NCBI RefSeq assembly: GCF_009914755.1
Contig: NC_060947.1
Strand: one strand, 5' to 3'
DNA: 64,000 nucleotides
Origin: the human T2T-CHM13v2.0 reference genome, Homo sapiens
Position numbers and translations under genes: made by a program. This document shows, piece by piece, positions 1 to 12,929 of the stretch. Numbering within the stretch: the first letter of the stretch is position 1; every line of letters starts with the position of its first letter. Below the pieces are notes generated by a model. That model was not told where the DNA came from, searched no databases, and saw nothing but the letters and a program-made list of their open reading frames with translations.

Positions 1-37
1 ACCTACACGTTGTGCACACGTACCCTAAAACTTAAAG

Positions 38-74
<37 letters not shown>

Positions 75-79
75 GAAAA
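1..79 (+). mobile_element. L1PA 3' end with (TAA)n-type tail, truncated by the window edge
   Basis: gttgtgcacacgtaccctaaaacttaaagtataata is the L1PA terminal motif, followed by an A-rich tail. Confidence 0.9.
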
Positions 80-99
80 CCACTGATATAGAGGTTAAG

Positions 100-325
100 T
101 GAGGGGGCACTGAAATTGGACAGACCTGGGTTTAAACTCTAGCACCATCACTTAGAAGCTGTGAAATCCTGGTTAAATTATTTAATCTCTGTGACTTAAT
201 TTACATATCTATAAAGTGGAGATAATAGTAACAACCTGGTAGGGTTGTTGTGAGGACTAATGAGTTCATATATGTGAAGCCCTTCAAATAGTGCCTGCTG
301 TAAATTAGCCTCAGTTGTTACTATT
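100..325 (+). mobile_element. MIR SINE (degraded)
   Basis: cagacctgggtttaaactct ... tatctataaagtggagataatag ... gggttgttgtgaggactaatgag resembles the MIR core. Confidence 0.75.
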
Positions 326-1389
326 GTTGTTATTGTTATTGTTATTAAAAGAAAGGTCTTGTAGGGAAGAGAAGTCAAGTCAGGGCTCTGAGTTGGGACA
401 GGATCCCTAGGAGTGGGAAAAAAAGCATTGATATGACAACCCACATTATTCCCTTTTAAAAGGGACATTAATGGTAGAAGTTGATACATTGGTTTTCTAG
501 ACATGAAGATGCTTCAGGACAGGGCTATTTAAACCCCGAGAGTTGATTTGTGTTACTCAGCTGTCTAGTTTGCTGGTCTTTCTTAACTCCCTACCACCTC
601 AACCCCACAACATTCTTAAGCTCCTCCTTTCCTTAGCAAAGTGGCAACAGGACAAGTTTAGCAGTGGCCCTCTAAGGCAGATGCTCCATGCCCTCTTCAG
701 AAATCTCCTGGCAATATTTTCATTCCAGGGAATATTTATGAAGTACTCACTTGTGTTTCAACCTCCATGGTTTGATTTTTGTTTTAGAAACCCAGCTAAT
801 TCTTCCGGGGGAAAAAAAGGTCCCAGTTTAAAATTCTGATGCCTTTGGTAAGTTGTCCACAGAAGAGAGAAATTTCGTTAATGATCTACCCACCTTGCTC
901 TCAGGTATGCCTCCCATGTTTCAAGGTTCCCTATGTACCTTTAATTTTGATAATAATTAGGAAGCTTGTAAGCATTATCAGGAAGCAACTGTGTGCCCTG
1001 GTTGGGGGAGGGTGAATACATCTGGGCATTAAGTAACTGGCCCTCAATCTCTCTGAATGACATTTCAGTGCATTTTTTAAGGATCAATTTTCATACTTCA
1101 TTGTGGTGGCTGATTCTGGTATGCTGGACAGAAAGGTTTATGATGCCCAATGGGTTAATCAGCTTTGACCAAATCTTTCTTGAAGTACTAAAATGGAGTG
1201 TAGCTCTCATCCACAGCAGCTTTCTCCCTCTGCTCATTAGTTCATGTCGGGACTTTAATAGTACAAAGCAAAAGAAAGAGGGTGTGTGTTTGCGTGTCCC
1301 CATTTGCCTTTTCCCTCTATACTCACCAGCTGAGAGTAATTTATTTGTTTCCACAAGGGGAAATGTGGAGATAAATGCCTCAATGATTA

Positions 1390-1600
1390 AAGTCCTGGCC
1401 TATAAGTTGGAAAACCTTGGTTCTAGAACTAGCATCACCTGTGACTTTCTTTATGACCTTGGATTTATTAGCTAGATTTTTCTGGGCCTTTGTGTCCTTT
1501 CTGTAAAATAGGATGGTCTTGATCATCCCATTTCACAGGGTTGTTGAATACCTAATGAGATAATATACCTGGTCATGCTTTGGAAACTCATTAGTGTTTT
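1390..1600 (+). mobile_element. MIR/MIR3 fragment
   Basis: tctgggcctttgtgtcctttctgtaaaatagg ... tcacagggttgttg core motif. Confidence 0.6.
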
Positions 1601-1871
1601 ATGGATATAAGAAATGATTATTATACTCAACAAATTCTGATTAGATATTCTGCGTTTTTTCTCATGCCCTATTTAATAACAATCTTATAACTTAAAGAAT
1701 CAAAATATAAATTAAATAACTCTGTATATTTTACAGAGGTAAAACTTAAATTACGGGTTAAGAATTTTCAAAGGGCCAAAGAAGAAAAAGCCTCCAATAA
1801 AAAGCACAAGGGAATTTATTTTTGTCTAGTTGACTGGTCTTTCAGAAATAAAAAAGAAGCCATTTCAGAAC

Positions 1872-1890
1872 TGACCAGTAGATGTCAGTG
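1872..1890 (+). promoter_or_regulatory. Candidate CTCF motif
   Basis: tgaccagtagatgtcagtg matches the CCASYAGRKGKCRS core in unique sequence. Confidence 0.4.
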
Positions 1891-2041
1891 TTTGACAAGC
1901 ACATAGCTGTTTGCTGAGGCTCCCGTATTAGCATCTGGCTCCATTTCAGCTAGCAAGTTTCTCTGCAAAGGAGAGGGAGTTTGTGTAACTGAAGCAAAGA
2001 TTTTGCTTTCTCACTTCTCGCCCTGTCTTGCGGAAAACAGC

Positions 2042-2059
2042 ATGATGCTTTGGGTAAGT
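2042..2059 (+). other. Candidate exon end: ATG ATG CTT TGG | gtaagt (consensus 5' splice site)
   Basis: Perfect GTAAGT donor at 2054-2059 directly after cagcATGATG, in repeat-free DNA; gene not identified. Confidence 0.35.
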
Positions 2060-2731
2060 CGTCGTTATCTTCACTTTCAGTGATTCCCTTTATAGATCTG
2101 CAGTCTGCTGAGAAGTTTAAAACACAAAATTAAACATGTGCTTAGCTCCCTGAAGGCCACATACTTGTTTTTCTTCACAAAGGTGCTTTTCCTTTTCCAG
2201 ACCCACCTTCCCTTCATCCTACCCTTTGTGTAATATTAATCAAATATAGCCAGGAAATACTGCTGTTTGGGGACCAGGTTCCAAAGCTCTTGAAACAAGG
2301 ATTTTATTTTTTGCTGCAGAGTGACACTTGCTCTGATTTCAGATGAAATTGCCATTTTCTAAAAATGGCAGCTACTTGGTGTGTCATTTTTCAAAAGAAA
2401 ATGTGATCACATTGTAGCTGCGCTAAGCAGCCTCTTTCAGTCCTCTTTCGTTTTACACTTTTACTGGAAGGCTTTGAAAGAGGCAATGCAATTAGGTTCC
2501 AGTTGTCTCTGTTGAACTCAGAGATGCTCACCTTTTCCTGGGGAAGATGAATTCTTGTTATGTTGGTTTCTTATCGCATCCTGGATTAGGGAGGAAATGT
2601 GCAGCGAATTCAGACTAGGGATGGTGATAAAATCAACTGAGCTCTTTGAAAAGGCCACCCGCCTTGGGTTTCTGGAATTCAGACTTGTGGGGCTTTTACT
2701 CTTGAACAATTTTTAAGGATTGGGTAGTCAG

Positions 2732-2802
2732 GTTTTCTTTTCTTTTTCTTTCTTTCCTTCTTTCTTTTTCTTCTTCTTCTTTTTTTTTTTTTTTTTTTTT
2801 TT
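2732..2802. repeat. T/C-rich low-complexity tract ending in poly(T)
   Basis: Direct reading. Confidence 0.9.
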
Positions 2803-3282
2803 GGTGCCTGTGTTGCCCTTTATAAGCAGCCAGCTCAGATGCATTTAGAGACCATTTTTGTGGAATGATTTGGAACTGCAATCTCCCCTCCTTGGTTTGC
2901 TCTCATCCTTTTTGCATTTCTATTGGCCAAATGGAATGAAATAGTTCAATGTCATAAAGTCAGAGGTGGCTTTAGGCTTTGGGCACACTTTCTGAAGACC
3001 AATGGAGGTGGTCTGGGTGTGACAACGCCTACCAGTGTGGAGTAGTGCCCTGCTGCAGCATTCTTAGTGGCTGCTGGCCAAGAACTGGCCTTGTCCTGGG
3101 AAATGAGTCATCAGACATAAGCAGCTTGTTCTTGGAGGCAGAGCTGGCATTGGTTTCAAGGTCCTCTTGCATTTGGTGCACATCTGCTACTGCTTCACTG
3201 TGTCTCAACCTCCCTGGGTCCCCTCTCAGCAGTGTTCATAGTCTTGGAGGAAGAAACGTTCCCCCATTTCCCAGAAGGCTGA

Positions 3283-3656
<374 letters not shown>

Positions 3657-3759
3657 AAGGACCTTGTTTCCATACATAAAGAGGTTGAAGGTCTGGACCT
3701 TTTAGTCTGACACCTTCAACCTCTTCCTTACCTTGATGCTTCCCCTCTGCTTTCCTGCA

Positions 3760-4190
3760 AGTGAGGTAGTTAAGAGCAATAGTTTTGGAGGCCAACATAC
3801 CATAGCCACTTGCTACCTGTCTGACATTAGGCAAGATCCTTTATTTCTCTGAGCCTCAGTTTCTTTGTTATTATTTTTTGTTTTATTTTAAATGAACAAA
3901 TAACAATTGTATATATTGTATATTTATAGGACACAATGTGATATTTTTATACATGTTAATATTGTGAAATGATTAAATCATGCCTATTAACAAATCAGTC
4001 ACCTCATATACTTTTTTTGTGGTGAAAACATTTCAAACCTATTCTTTTAGAAATTTTGAAGTATACGATGTGTTATTATTTATTATAGTCACCATTTGGT
4101 ACAATTGATTACTAGCAATACCTACCTTGCTGTGTTTTGTGATTAGTAAATGAAGTACTATATGTAAGGCAACTAGCACTTTGTAGGAGC
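3760..4190 (+). mobile_element. MIR split by an old L1 insertion
   Basis: ggcaagatcctttatttctctgagcctcagtttc before 3868; caatacctaccttgc ... tatgtaaggc resumes after 4115. Confidence 0.6.
3869..4115 (-). mobile_element. L1MA-type 3' end fragment
   Basis: aattgtatatatt ... gattaaatca ... tcacctcatata ... gtggtgaaaacattt ... tatagtcacca. Confidence 0.75.
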
Positions 4191-4419
4191 AAAGTAATCT
4201 ATAGCTGCTGCTGTTAATTTTGTTGTTATTACTATTCTACTTGTTGCCGGCCTGCTCTCATCTCACTCTCCTCCCTTTAACTGTTCAATATTTTGAATGA
4301 CTAGGTTATCCTTATATTCATTTACATTTACCATTTACTCACTATCCATTCCCTCTTGTTTTGGCAATTATATTTTAAATTCCAAAGGTTCTTCTTGTTC
4401 TCTGTTTTTTTGCTTGTAA

Positions 4420-4782
<363 letters not shown>

Positions 4783-4919
4783 TGAAGAAAATAATTAGAA
4801 TTTAAAAAAATCTCCATTGTTCCTAGAATTATTTTTATTCTAGGGTCTTTTTATGTTTTCTGCTTGTTTCTGTTTGCTCAATTATCCTCTCTTCTCTGAT
4901 TATTGACATTTTATCTACT

Positions 4920-5175
4920 TTTTCTAGGTCCAGTTCAAATGACATATCCACTATGATGTCATCCTTAATCCCCATAGTTGGAAGCAAATACTCCCTTCTC
5001 TTCTTCACTTCTATAACCCCTGGTTTGCACTTTTTTTTTTATTACATAGCACCATATATTGTATAGTTAAATGTTTGTTTTTGTGTTTCAGTTTGACATT
5101 CTCCTTGGAATATAAATTCCTGAGGTCCAGGACTGTGCTATACATGCCAACCACTCTGTGTGTGTTCAGTACTGG
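4920..5175 (+). mobile_element. L2 3' fragment
   Basis: cagttcaaatgacatatcc ... ggaatataaattcctgaggtccaggactgtg. Confidence 0.55.
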
Positions 5176-5629
5176 GCTCCCTGCCTTTGTAGGGACACAG
5201 AAGGATCTTGCTGGCCATCAATACAGTGTGAGAATCATGAAACTTAAGTAAGAATGTCCAGTAGATCAAAGATTGAAGTAGTAGAGAACACAGTGGATCT
5301 TTTCTATAAATCTTTGCAAGTTGGCCTTGGGTTGAGACGAGTAAAGTGGAGACTTGCCTGAAGTGAGAGCTGGACATGACTTTTTGTGATTCTATAGAGA
5401 CAATGGCTGTGGGCCCTGTGAGACTGCATTGCTGGGATACCCTGTCCCCCTGTAGCAAATGGCCAATAGCTTCAAAGTAGATGTGTGTCAGCATGGAGCT
5501 AAGTTTGGTTTCAGTAGTGGGTTTGGACTGTGTCAGGATTTCTTCAGGGGGGATTAACTCATGTCTGAATATTTTAGCCCAAACTTCTCAGCAGGAAATT
5601 CCTTCACAGTAAACATCATGTTACAAATG

Positions 5630-6348
5630 AAAAGGTTGTCTCTCTTTTTGTCCAAAGCCTGTCAATCTCACACATATAATACAAGGTCAAGGCGAAGGCT
5701 TGACTGATCTGACCAGTAAAGATACAATGAACCACTTTTAGATTTAGACAGTTTATTATTTACATAGACAGCTGAAAGCAGAATAAGCCTTAAAGTGCCA
5801 GATCCCTGTGATCCTTGTCCCATACGCTACAAAGGATGACATGGAAAGAAAAGAGGCTGGATGACTGCATTGCACACTGTGGGATACCCCATTGCTGAGG
5901 AGCCTATTCCAGGGTGCCTCCAAGCAGTTTTATGTTCTGTAGCTTTGTATTCACCATAATACGTAATAATATAAATTTATATTTATAACTTTTATTTGTA
6001 TTTTATATTTATATAAAATTTATATTTTATAAATTTAAATGTACATTTATGTATTATACATAAAAGCAGTTTTATGTTCTAAGGGGGGCATAGCAGAAAA
6101 CCCCATACCTCATCAGAATCAGGCAGGTGATGAGAAACGATCTCATTGCAGCCCCTCCAGGAGAGGGAGGGAAGTGAGTGAGAGACTTCCTCGTAGCAGC
6201 TCCTTATAGGCTTCTAGTCCTCTAATGTTCCAGAAATAGCACAATGCGTTCCACCAAGACTCAGTCTGTGGTTCAGCCTTTGCCTGCATGCTCTATGTGG
6301 ATGTGTGGTAAGGTCATCAGGATTCCATGGCAGAGCCAGTTTCCTACA
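5630..6348 (-). mobile_element. Old ERV-type solo LTR (family uncertain)
   Basis: Ends tttcctaca; reverse-strand polyA-like (gtttatt) and TATA-like (ttttat) motifs in LTR order. Confidence 0.45.
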
Positions 6349-6726
6349 ATGCCATTCCTTCTTTGATACCTAGTCACGTGTTGACTGATAGTAACTTTGG
6401 TTTCTACATGCTGAAGACTTCTGACAACCTCCCCCTCACACCCCTGCTTCTCTAGAGTCAGAGCTTACCTATTTCCAACAAAACTATTTATAGAATTTGC
6501 CCTTATTCTTATTGTTCACCCTGTTCCTTATCCTTCCTAATCAAGTTTGGCTGATTCACTTCCTTGCTTTCTCATACAGGGTTCTTTCATCACAAGAAAC
6601 ATCTAAGAAACTTCCTGATCAGGACAGGAATTGGCTTCTAAATCTGGGTCTCTATGAGCCTAGCACTTCTAGTTTTTTTCTTTTTCTCACTTTGTCCTAT
6701 TTGGTTTCTGCAGGTCTTCAGGATTC

Positions 6727-6727
<1 letters not shown>

Positions 6728-6770
<43 letters not shown>

Positions 6771-6841
6771 TGTGTGTGTGTATGTGTGTGTATATATATG
6801 TATATATACATATATATACACACACATACACACACACACAC

Positions 6842-6883
<42 letters not shown>

Positions 6884-6884
6884 G
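6728..6884. repeat. Compound (TG)n-(TA)n-(CA)n microsatellite
   Basis: Direct reading; source of the CVCV/HTHT ORFs. Confidence 0.95.
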
Positions 6885-7596
6885 TCTTGACCAGAGGCCT
6901 TTCCCTACCCTTTGTTAGGGAATCCTTAGTGTACCTTAGAGTATCTTAGAGTACCAGATGGATTTGGGCTGTGAAGACTGAAAGCCTACAGCTTTTCACC
7001 TTCTTGCCTTGACCTTGAGTTCACATGTGCCTCTTGATCCCTGGCAACCTCCTTGCCTAGGTACTAACCTATTGCCTAGTCTAAGCCCTTACTTTAACAT
7101 ATTGCTGGCTCTCTGGATCCTGGCTTTCTGCCCTGGATCTTCCTGCCTATGTCCTTAGTACTAGGAGATTTCATAAAACCACATATTGAAAGAATGTCAT
7201 ATGTGGCCAATTTCAGTGAGGCCAAAACCAGCGCTGTGATAAAACACCACACCACTATGGTTGCATTATTGGGTCAGTACCAGTACTATGAGGTAGGATT
7301 TTCTCTTTCCGTGAGCTACTATGATGTAGTATTTCCTCTTTCTGTTAGATACTGCAGTTGGGGCTGTTGAAAGTAAGTAGAATTTACTCTAGCTCTGCTC
7401 CCTTGGAAGTCATACCCAGGCAGACAGTACTTAGAACAGGGGAGCTTGGTATGAAGAATCACCAGGGTGCTTGCTCCTTCTACTATGAATGAATGGGTTA
7501 GTGGTGAGTCTTGCTGGGAATGGCCCTCTTGAGCAATATTTTAAAAAATATAATAATGCGGCATTCAGTTATGGTTGGGGTGGAGTGTAGGGACTC

Positions 7597-7960
7597 AGTC
7601 ATTCATCTATCCAGTCATTTATTCAACAAATATGTATGGTTTCTTACGGATTAGGCACTTTTCTAGACTCATCTGTGAATGAAATAGATACAATTCTTGC
7701 CCTCATGAAATTCTAGTTGGTGGTATGGAGGGGCAAAAACATTAAACAAGTAAGAGACAAATATGATGAGATGAAACCAGGTGCTGACAAGGGTTATAAA
7801 GAAAATACATTGTCAATGTGCTAGAGCAGACATGCGTTAGATAAGAAAGGCCTGTCTGAGACAGGAGTGTGTAATTTATGTGAAGATCAGGAGGAATAGC
7901 TTTCTAGGCAAAAGGAGCAGCTACTACTGAGGCAATGAGTAGGGACTTAGCATTCTAGGC
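7597..7960 (-). mobile_element. L2 3' end
   Basis: tcatttattcaacaaatatgtat ... cttgccctcatgaaattctagttgg. Confidence 0.7.
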
Positions 7961-8559
7961 TGAGGGAATACAAGTAAAGCCATGGAGGCTCAGATAATCT
8001 TTGCTAAGGGGTGTAGTGGTAGGTTTTGGATGGGGAGGAGGTGGCACTGTGAGGACTTCTTAATTAGACTTTTTTAAATGAACTGTCCCCCAAACACATA
8101 AGGACTCAATAGCTTTCAGGCCCCTTGACCAAAAGAAGACATTGTCTGAAATGGAGGTTTTTATAGCCTCTGACACCCATTCTGATGTTCATGAGTTGGC
8201 AGAGATGATTGTGAATCCATTTTTAGGATGCAGGAAAGCATGACTTTTTTGCATACATTCTCTCTTCCTTTCTTCTTCATATACACCCAGTGAAAAAATT
8301 GGACAGATTAAATCACACTAAAATGTTAGTGAGTGTGTATAATCCCTCCTATGAGTAGTTGCCCTTTTAAGAAGACTCCAGAGAAAAAGAAACAAATATA
8401 GGAAAGGATAAATGAAATGACTGAATTCTTAATATTAGAATTTCAAACCCTTGGCCAGCCAAGTAAATGAAAAATCCCCTTTAAGTTTGTTGGCATCTTT
8501 CACCTACAGATTCATGAGGTCAGGGAACACTCTCGGATATTCAATTAGATTTCTTTTTT

Positions 8560-8635
8560 AAAAAAATTTTATTTTATTATTATTATACTTTAAGTTTTAG
8601 GGTACATGTGCACAATGTGCAGGTTAGTTACATAT
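8560..8635 (-). mobile_element. Very short young L1PA 3' end inserted in the tail of an older L1
   Basis: tatactttaagttttagggtacatgtgcacaatgtgcaggttagttacatat. Confidence 0.85.
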
Positions 8636-8863
8636 CTTTTTTGTTTTTGATTTTATTTTAAGTGCCAGGGTACATGTGCAGGATGTGCAGGTTTGTTACA
8701 TAGGTGTATATGTGCCCTGGTGGTTTGCTGCACCTATCAACCTGTCACCTAGGTATTAAGCCCCATATGTATTAGCTATTTTTCCTGATGCTCTCCTCAC
8801 CCTGCTCTCCCGCGACAGGCCCCATTGTGTGTTGTTTCCCTCCCTGTGTCCATGTGTTCTCAT
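8636..8863 (-). mobile_element. L1PA (about PA8-13) 3' end
   Basis: gtacatgtgcaggatgtgcaggtttgttacatagg ...; outer TSD ttcaa(t/c)tagatttctt at 8540-8555 and 8864-8879. Confidence 0.9.
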
Positions 8864-10059
8864 TTCAACTAGATTTCTTATTAGCATTCCTTCTCTGTCT
8901 CAGATCTGGAGGTATTCCAGATGTATGCACAGCAGCCTCTGGGAACTATCTGCATTTTCCATCTGCTGCTGGAGTCCATTTTCTTGAACTTTGGTTTCCC
9001 GCCTGAAGACAGGAACAATCTCTGCCCTTCCCCTCCCCATAATGAGCTTGGAAGGCTGACAGAGAAGATTAAGATCATTGCCATCAAGTTTTATCTGCTG
9101 TAAGCAAAAACAGGAAACCAAGAAAGAAAGGCGCAGCATAGCAATAGCTTTTGAGTGGGTAAGATGGGTGAAGTTTTTCTTAAATCCTCTTTCCCGTGTA
9201 CCTTCCCACCCACATGTTCTTAGTCAGATTTATTTTTTGCATATTAGTTTCTGAGGATGACAAGAAACTTGCCCTTTTCTTAACTGTGATTTTCAGAAGC
9301 AGATTATCCTGCACTTAGTTGAGACCTCTTACCAATTCCTTGGAATAAATAATACCCTGGGCTCAGGAAGTGGGTGTTGAATAGAAATTTTATGACTCAT
9401 AATGGAGTGTCAAAATAGCACTGCTGATGTATGTATGGGTCCCTTATCAATTTTGGAAATGACACTGGGTAGAGCCATATTTTCCTCTTGCATGGAAGTG
9501 CTCTGACTAAGGGAAAGTTCTTGATTTCTGCACTGTTTGGCATCTCTTGATATTTAAAAGTCCCACATTGAATGGTGGCTTTTCTCAAAGGTGACTTGGG
9601 TTTGGCCTAGAAAGAGAGCTGTTCTCAGAGGAGGGGCCAGAGCATTTCCCCCAGGAGGGGCAACCAGAACCTAAGCTGCCAGGATGAAGGGAGAAAGATT
9701 GACATTTCCCTGGCTTATGCCTTGAGGTACTTGTTTCCAAAGAAGGCTGAGGTCAGGATTGTATGCTTTTCCTAGAGTAGGCTGTAAGTTCTCTCATGAT
9801 ATCAAGCAGTTAGTTGACATTCCCAGGTCTCAGGCCTTTCCTTTTCTCTCTCCCCTGCTGGAGGAAATAAAAAGTGGTTCTTTCACAGGGCCCATGGGTC
9901 TGAGGGGAGCCTTCCCTTGAGCTCAGCCCTTCTCTTAGGATAGCACCTCAATGACCACACTCAGCATGGGCCCTATTAGTGTAGTTTTCTCATTAATGAT
10001 TGTTTTGCAGTAATGAGGTTCTATGATATGCCTGTTGGATTGTTTGTGCTCCATGTTGA

Positions 10060-10610
10060 TACCACTCAAACAACAAATATTTGATAACATTTGTTAATAA
10101 TAATATGAATAATAATAATGATACAGTGGGGCACTTGAAAACAATATGAAATATATTCCTGCTCTTCATGAGTTCAAGAACCAGTTGAGGAGATAGAAAA
10201 CCTGGCATAAATAGAGAAAAACAAGACAGCGTAGAATGAGATGGCAGATTGCACAGAATGAGATGCTAGATTGTGTAATTTAGTCTATAGGGATTCGAGG
10301 GGAAGAGCAGGGAGAAGCAATGTCAGGATGGCAAAGCTAGGAAAGTCTTCCAAGAGGATGCAGGGCTTAAAGGGTGACTAGAACTTGGTGGGGTGAAGAC
10401 AAGTAAGGGGATATGTGGCAGAAGTGCCAGCAAAGGTATGGAGACAGAAACTGACTGCCGTATATATACACAGAGAATAGGCAGTGATGGTTTAGCAAAG
10501 TCGATATTCTGAAGTGGGATATTCTCATTGAGGGGTTGTGGGACTGGAAGACTGTAAAGGCATGGTGAGGCCAGGTAATGAACATCTCAGAAGCCAGATA
10601 TTTGATTTGA
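10060..10610 (-). mobile_element. L2 fragment (probably continues at about 12216-12490)
   Basis: caacaaatatttg ... attcctgctcttcatgagttc ... gaaagtcttccaagagg. Confidence 0.6.
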
Positions 10611-10611
10611 A

Positions 10612-11320
10612 CTGTTTTTATTAGGCTCTTTTGTTTGCAAGTGATAGAGACACTTTCGAGTCATCTCAAGTAAAGGGGTGGTGGGGTATTGTTAAAGAGC
10701 AGTAAGAAAGAAAGGTTTCAGGGGAAGCAAAGTCAGAAACCAGAGTGCAGTGGGACCTCATGGGAATTGTACTTGGCTTCATGGCAGCTTCAGGGACCTC
10801 AGCAGGGTTCTAAGACTTTTCACCCTAGAGTTCTGTCATTAAAATGGCTCAGCTCTACTTCCCCCTCACTACTGACTGCCTTAAGTGTTTTCCTCTGCTC
10901 AGGTTAGCTTTTGGATAGTTCCTAATTCCTATTTAATTTGTTGTTCCTGCTCCCTTATAATTTTGGTTTGCATGGCCTATCAAGCCTTCAGGTTTCTATC
11001 TTTTCCCTTATATTTCTGACTTTTTCATATTCCTCTCTAGGTATTCTTTCAGCTTCAGCTCCTACTTCTTTCATTTCTCTCCCTTTCTCTCTCTCCCTTC
11101 CTCCCTGTTTCTTTCTCTCTCTCTTTCTTTCTCTTCCCCCCCACCTCATATTTTTCGGGCAAATTCCTGAGAGAGAATCTGATTGCCCTAGTTTATATTT
11201 TTATACCTGGTTCTGTTTTAGATCACTGGCCAGAATGTAGATTGGTGGCCCTTGGGTCAGGAGCCTATCCTTGGTCCTTCACTGGGCTGGGGATGTGGAT
11301 GTGAGGAAGTAACATCAGAC
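10612..11320 (-). mobile_element. MLT1/LTR33-type old LTR with internal CT-rich tract
   Basis: ttaggctcttttgtttgcaagtgatagaga terminus; gagagaatctgattg and cttgggtcagg motifs. Confidence 0.55.
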
Positions 11321-11349
11321 AAATATATAAAATATTGGTCATGCACATA

Positions 11350-11777
11350 AATAGCAAACAGGCATATGAAAAGGTGCACAACATCACTAATCATCAGGAA
11401 AATGCAAATTGAAACTGCAATATTACCTCACACCTGTTACGATGGCTATTATCAAAAAGACAAGAGATAATAGCGTTGGCAAGGATGTGGAGAAAAGGGA
11501 ATGCTTGCACACTGTTGGTAGGAATAGAAATTAATACAGCCATTATGAAAAGCAGTATAGAGGTTCCTCAAAACATTAAAAACAGAACTACCATGTGATC
11601 CAGCAATTCTACTTCTGAGTATGTGTCCCCTAAAAATAAAATCAGTATGTCATAAAGATATCTGCACCCCCATGTTCACTGCAGCATTAGTCACAATAGT
11701 CAAGATATAGGATCAACCTAAATGTCCATTGATAAATGAATGGATAAAGACAATGAATGAATACATAAAATGTGTGT

Positions 11778-11813
<36 letters not shown>

Positions 11814-12215
11814 GAATACTATTCAGGCATAAAAAGAAGGAAATGTTGTCATTTGTGACAATATGGATGAACTGGAAGACATTATGCTAAGTGAAATAAG
11901 CCAGTCACAGAAAGACAAATAATATACGATTTCACTTATATCTGGAATCTAAAAGAGTCAAATTCATAGAAACAGAAAGTAGAATGGTGGTTGTCAGGGG
12001 CCGGATGGTGGGGGAGATGGAGAGATGCTGATAAAAAAGTACAAACTTACAGTTATAAGATGAATAAGTTCTGGGAATCTAATGTATAGTGTGGGTGATG
12101 GATGTGTTAATTTGAATGTGATCATCATTATACAATATAAATGTATATCAAATCATCACATTGCACATCTTGAATATATATCATTTTTGTTAATTAAATA
12201 TTTTAAAATAAAAAA
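11350..12215 (+). mobile_element. L1MA/L1MB 3' region (ORF2 end plus 3' UTR) with (CA)n at about 11780-11808
   Basis: caacatcactaatcatcaggaaaatgcaaatt ... gacattatgctaagtgaaataagccag ... A-rich end. Confidence 0.85.
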
Positions 12216-12490
12216 GGAGAGATTGGTTATAGAGGAAGTGATGGATTCAGAATATAGGTTCAGGCAGTGAGAATGGAGAGGAAAGATTAGATATGAAACA
12301 TATCTCAAAGAAAATAATTTGGAAGAGTCAGTATCTTACTGGCTACAGTTAGAGAGAGGAAAATAAAAGATAAATCACACAATGTCAAGGTCTAGATGAC
12401 TAGGAGAATGATAAGGTAAAAAATAAGGTCTCCTGGACAGAGAGTTAATTTAGGGGAGAGACAGTAAATTCTGTTTTTGCCATGTTGAGT
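12216..12490 (-). mobile_element. L2 fragment
   Basis: ggcagtgagaatggagagg ... aaattctgtttttgccatgttgagt. Confidence 0.55.
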
Positions 12491-12929
12491 AAAAGTCAAC
12501 AGTGGATTCGATTGGACATCACTGTTTTGTCCTTAACTTTGTGACCTCCCTTTTTCCAAAACTTGCTAAGGCGATTTAAGCCAGGGGCTATAAGTGTGTG
12601 GAGAGTTTCTCTGAAAAGGTCCACTTTAGTCATTTTTTCCTTCACCTTTAAATAGCTAATTGGCCCCATGGAGCAATGGTTTCTATCAGGACAATAAGTA
12701 AACAAGGCAGATGTGAGGAGGCCTTTCCAGCCCTGTGTGAGCCTGATTCTGTTTTGGTTACTGTTTTCAGAATCTTCAGAAGAGAGAAAATGAGTAAAGA
12801 TGTAAGGAAATGAGGCAAAGCAATGGAAAAACAGCCTTGAGCAAGGTAAAAATAAGCTACATAATTTACAGCTGTTACATACCCATTTTGAGAATAGCAG
12901 TTCAGAGGAACATGCCAAGTAGAGTGCAT

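Noticed and set aside
993-1475. 160-aa ORF in near-unique DNA
   Set aside because: Non-ATG start, runs into a MIR, and has no recognisable domain or exon structure.
6497-6949. Overlapping ORFs rich in CV/HT
   Set aside because: Translations of a dinucleotide microsatellite.
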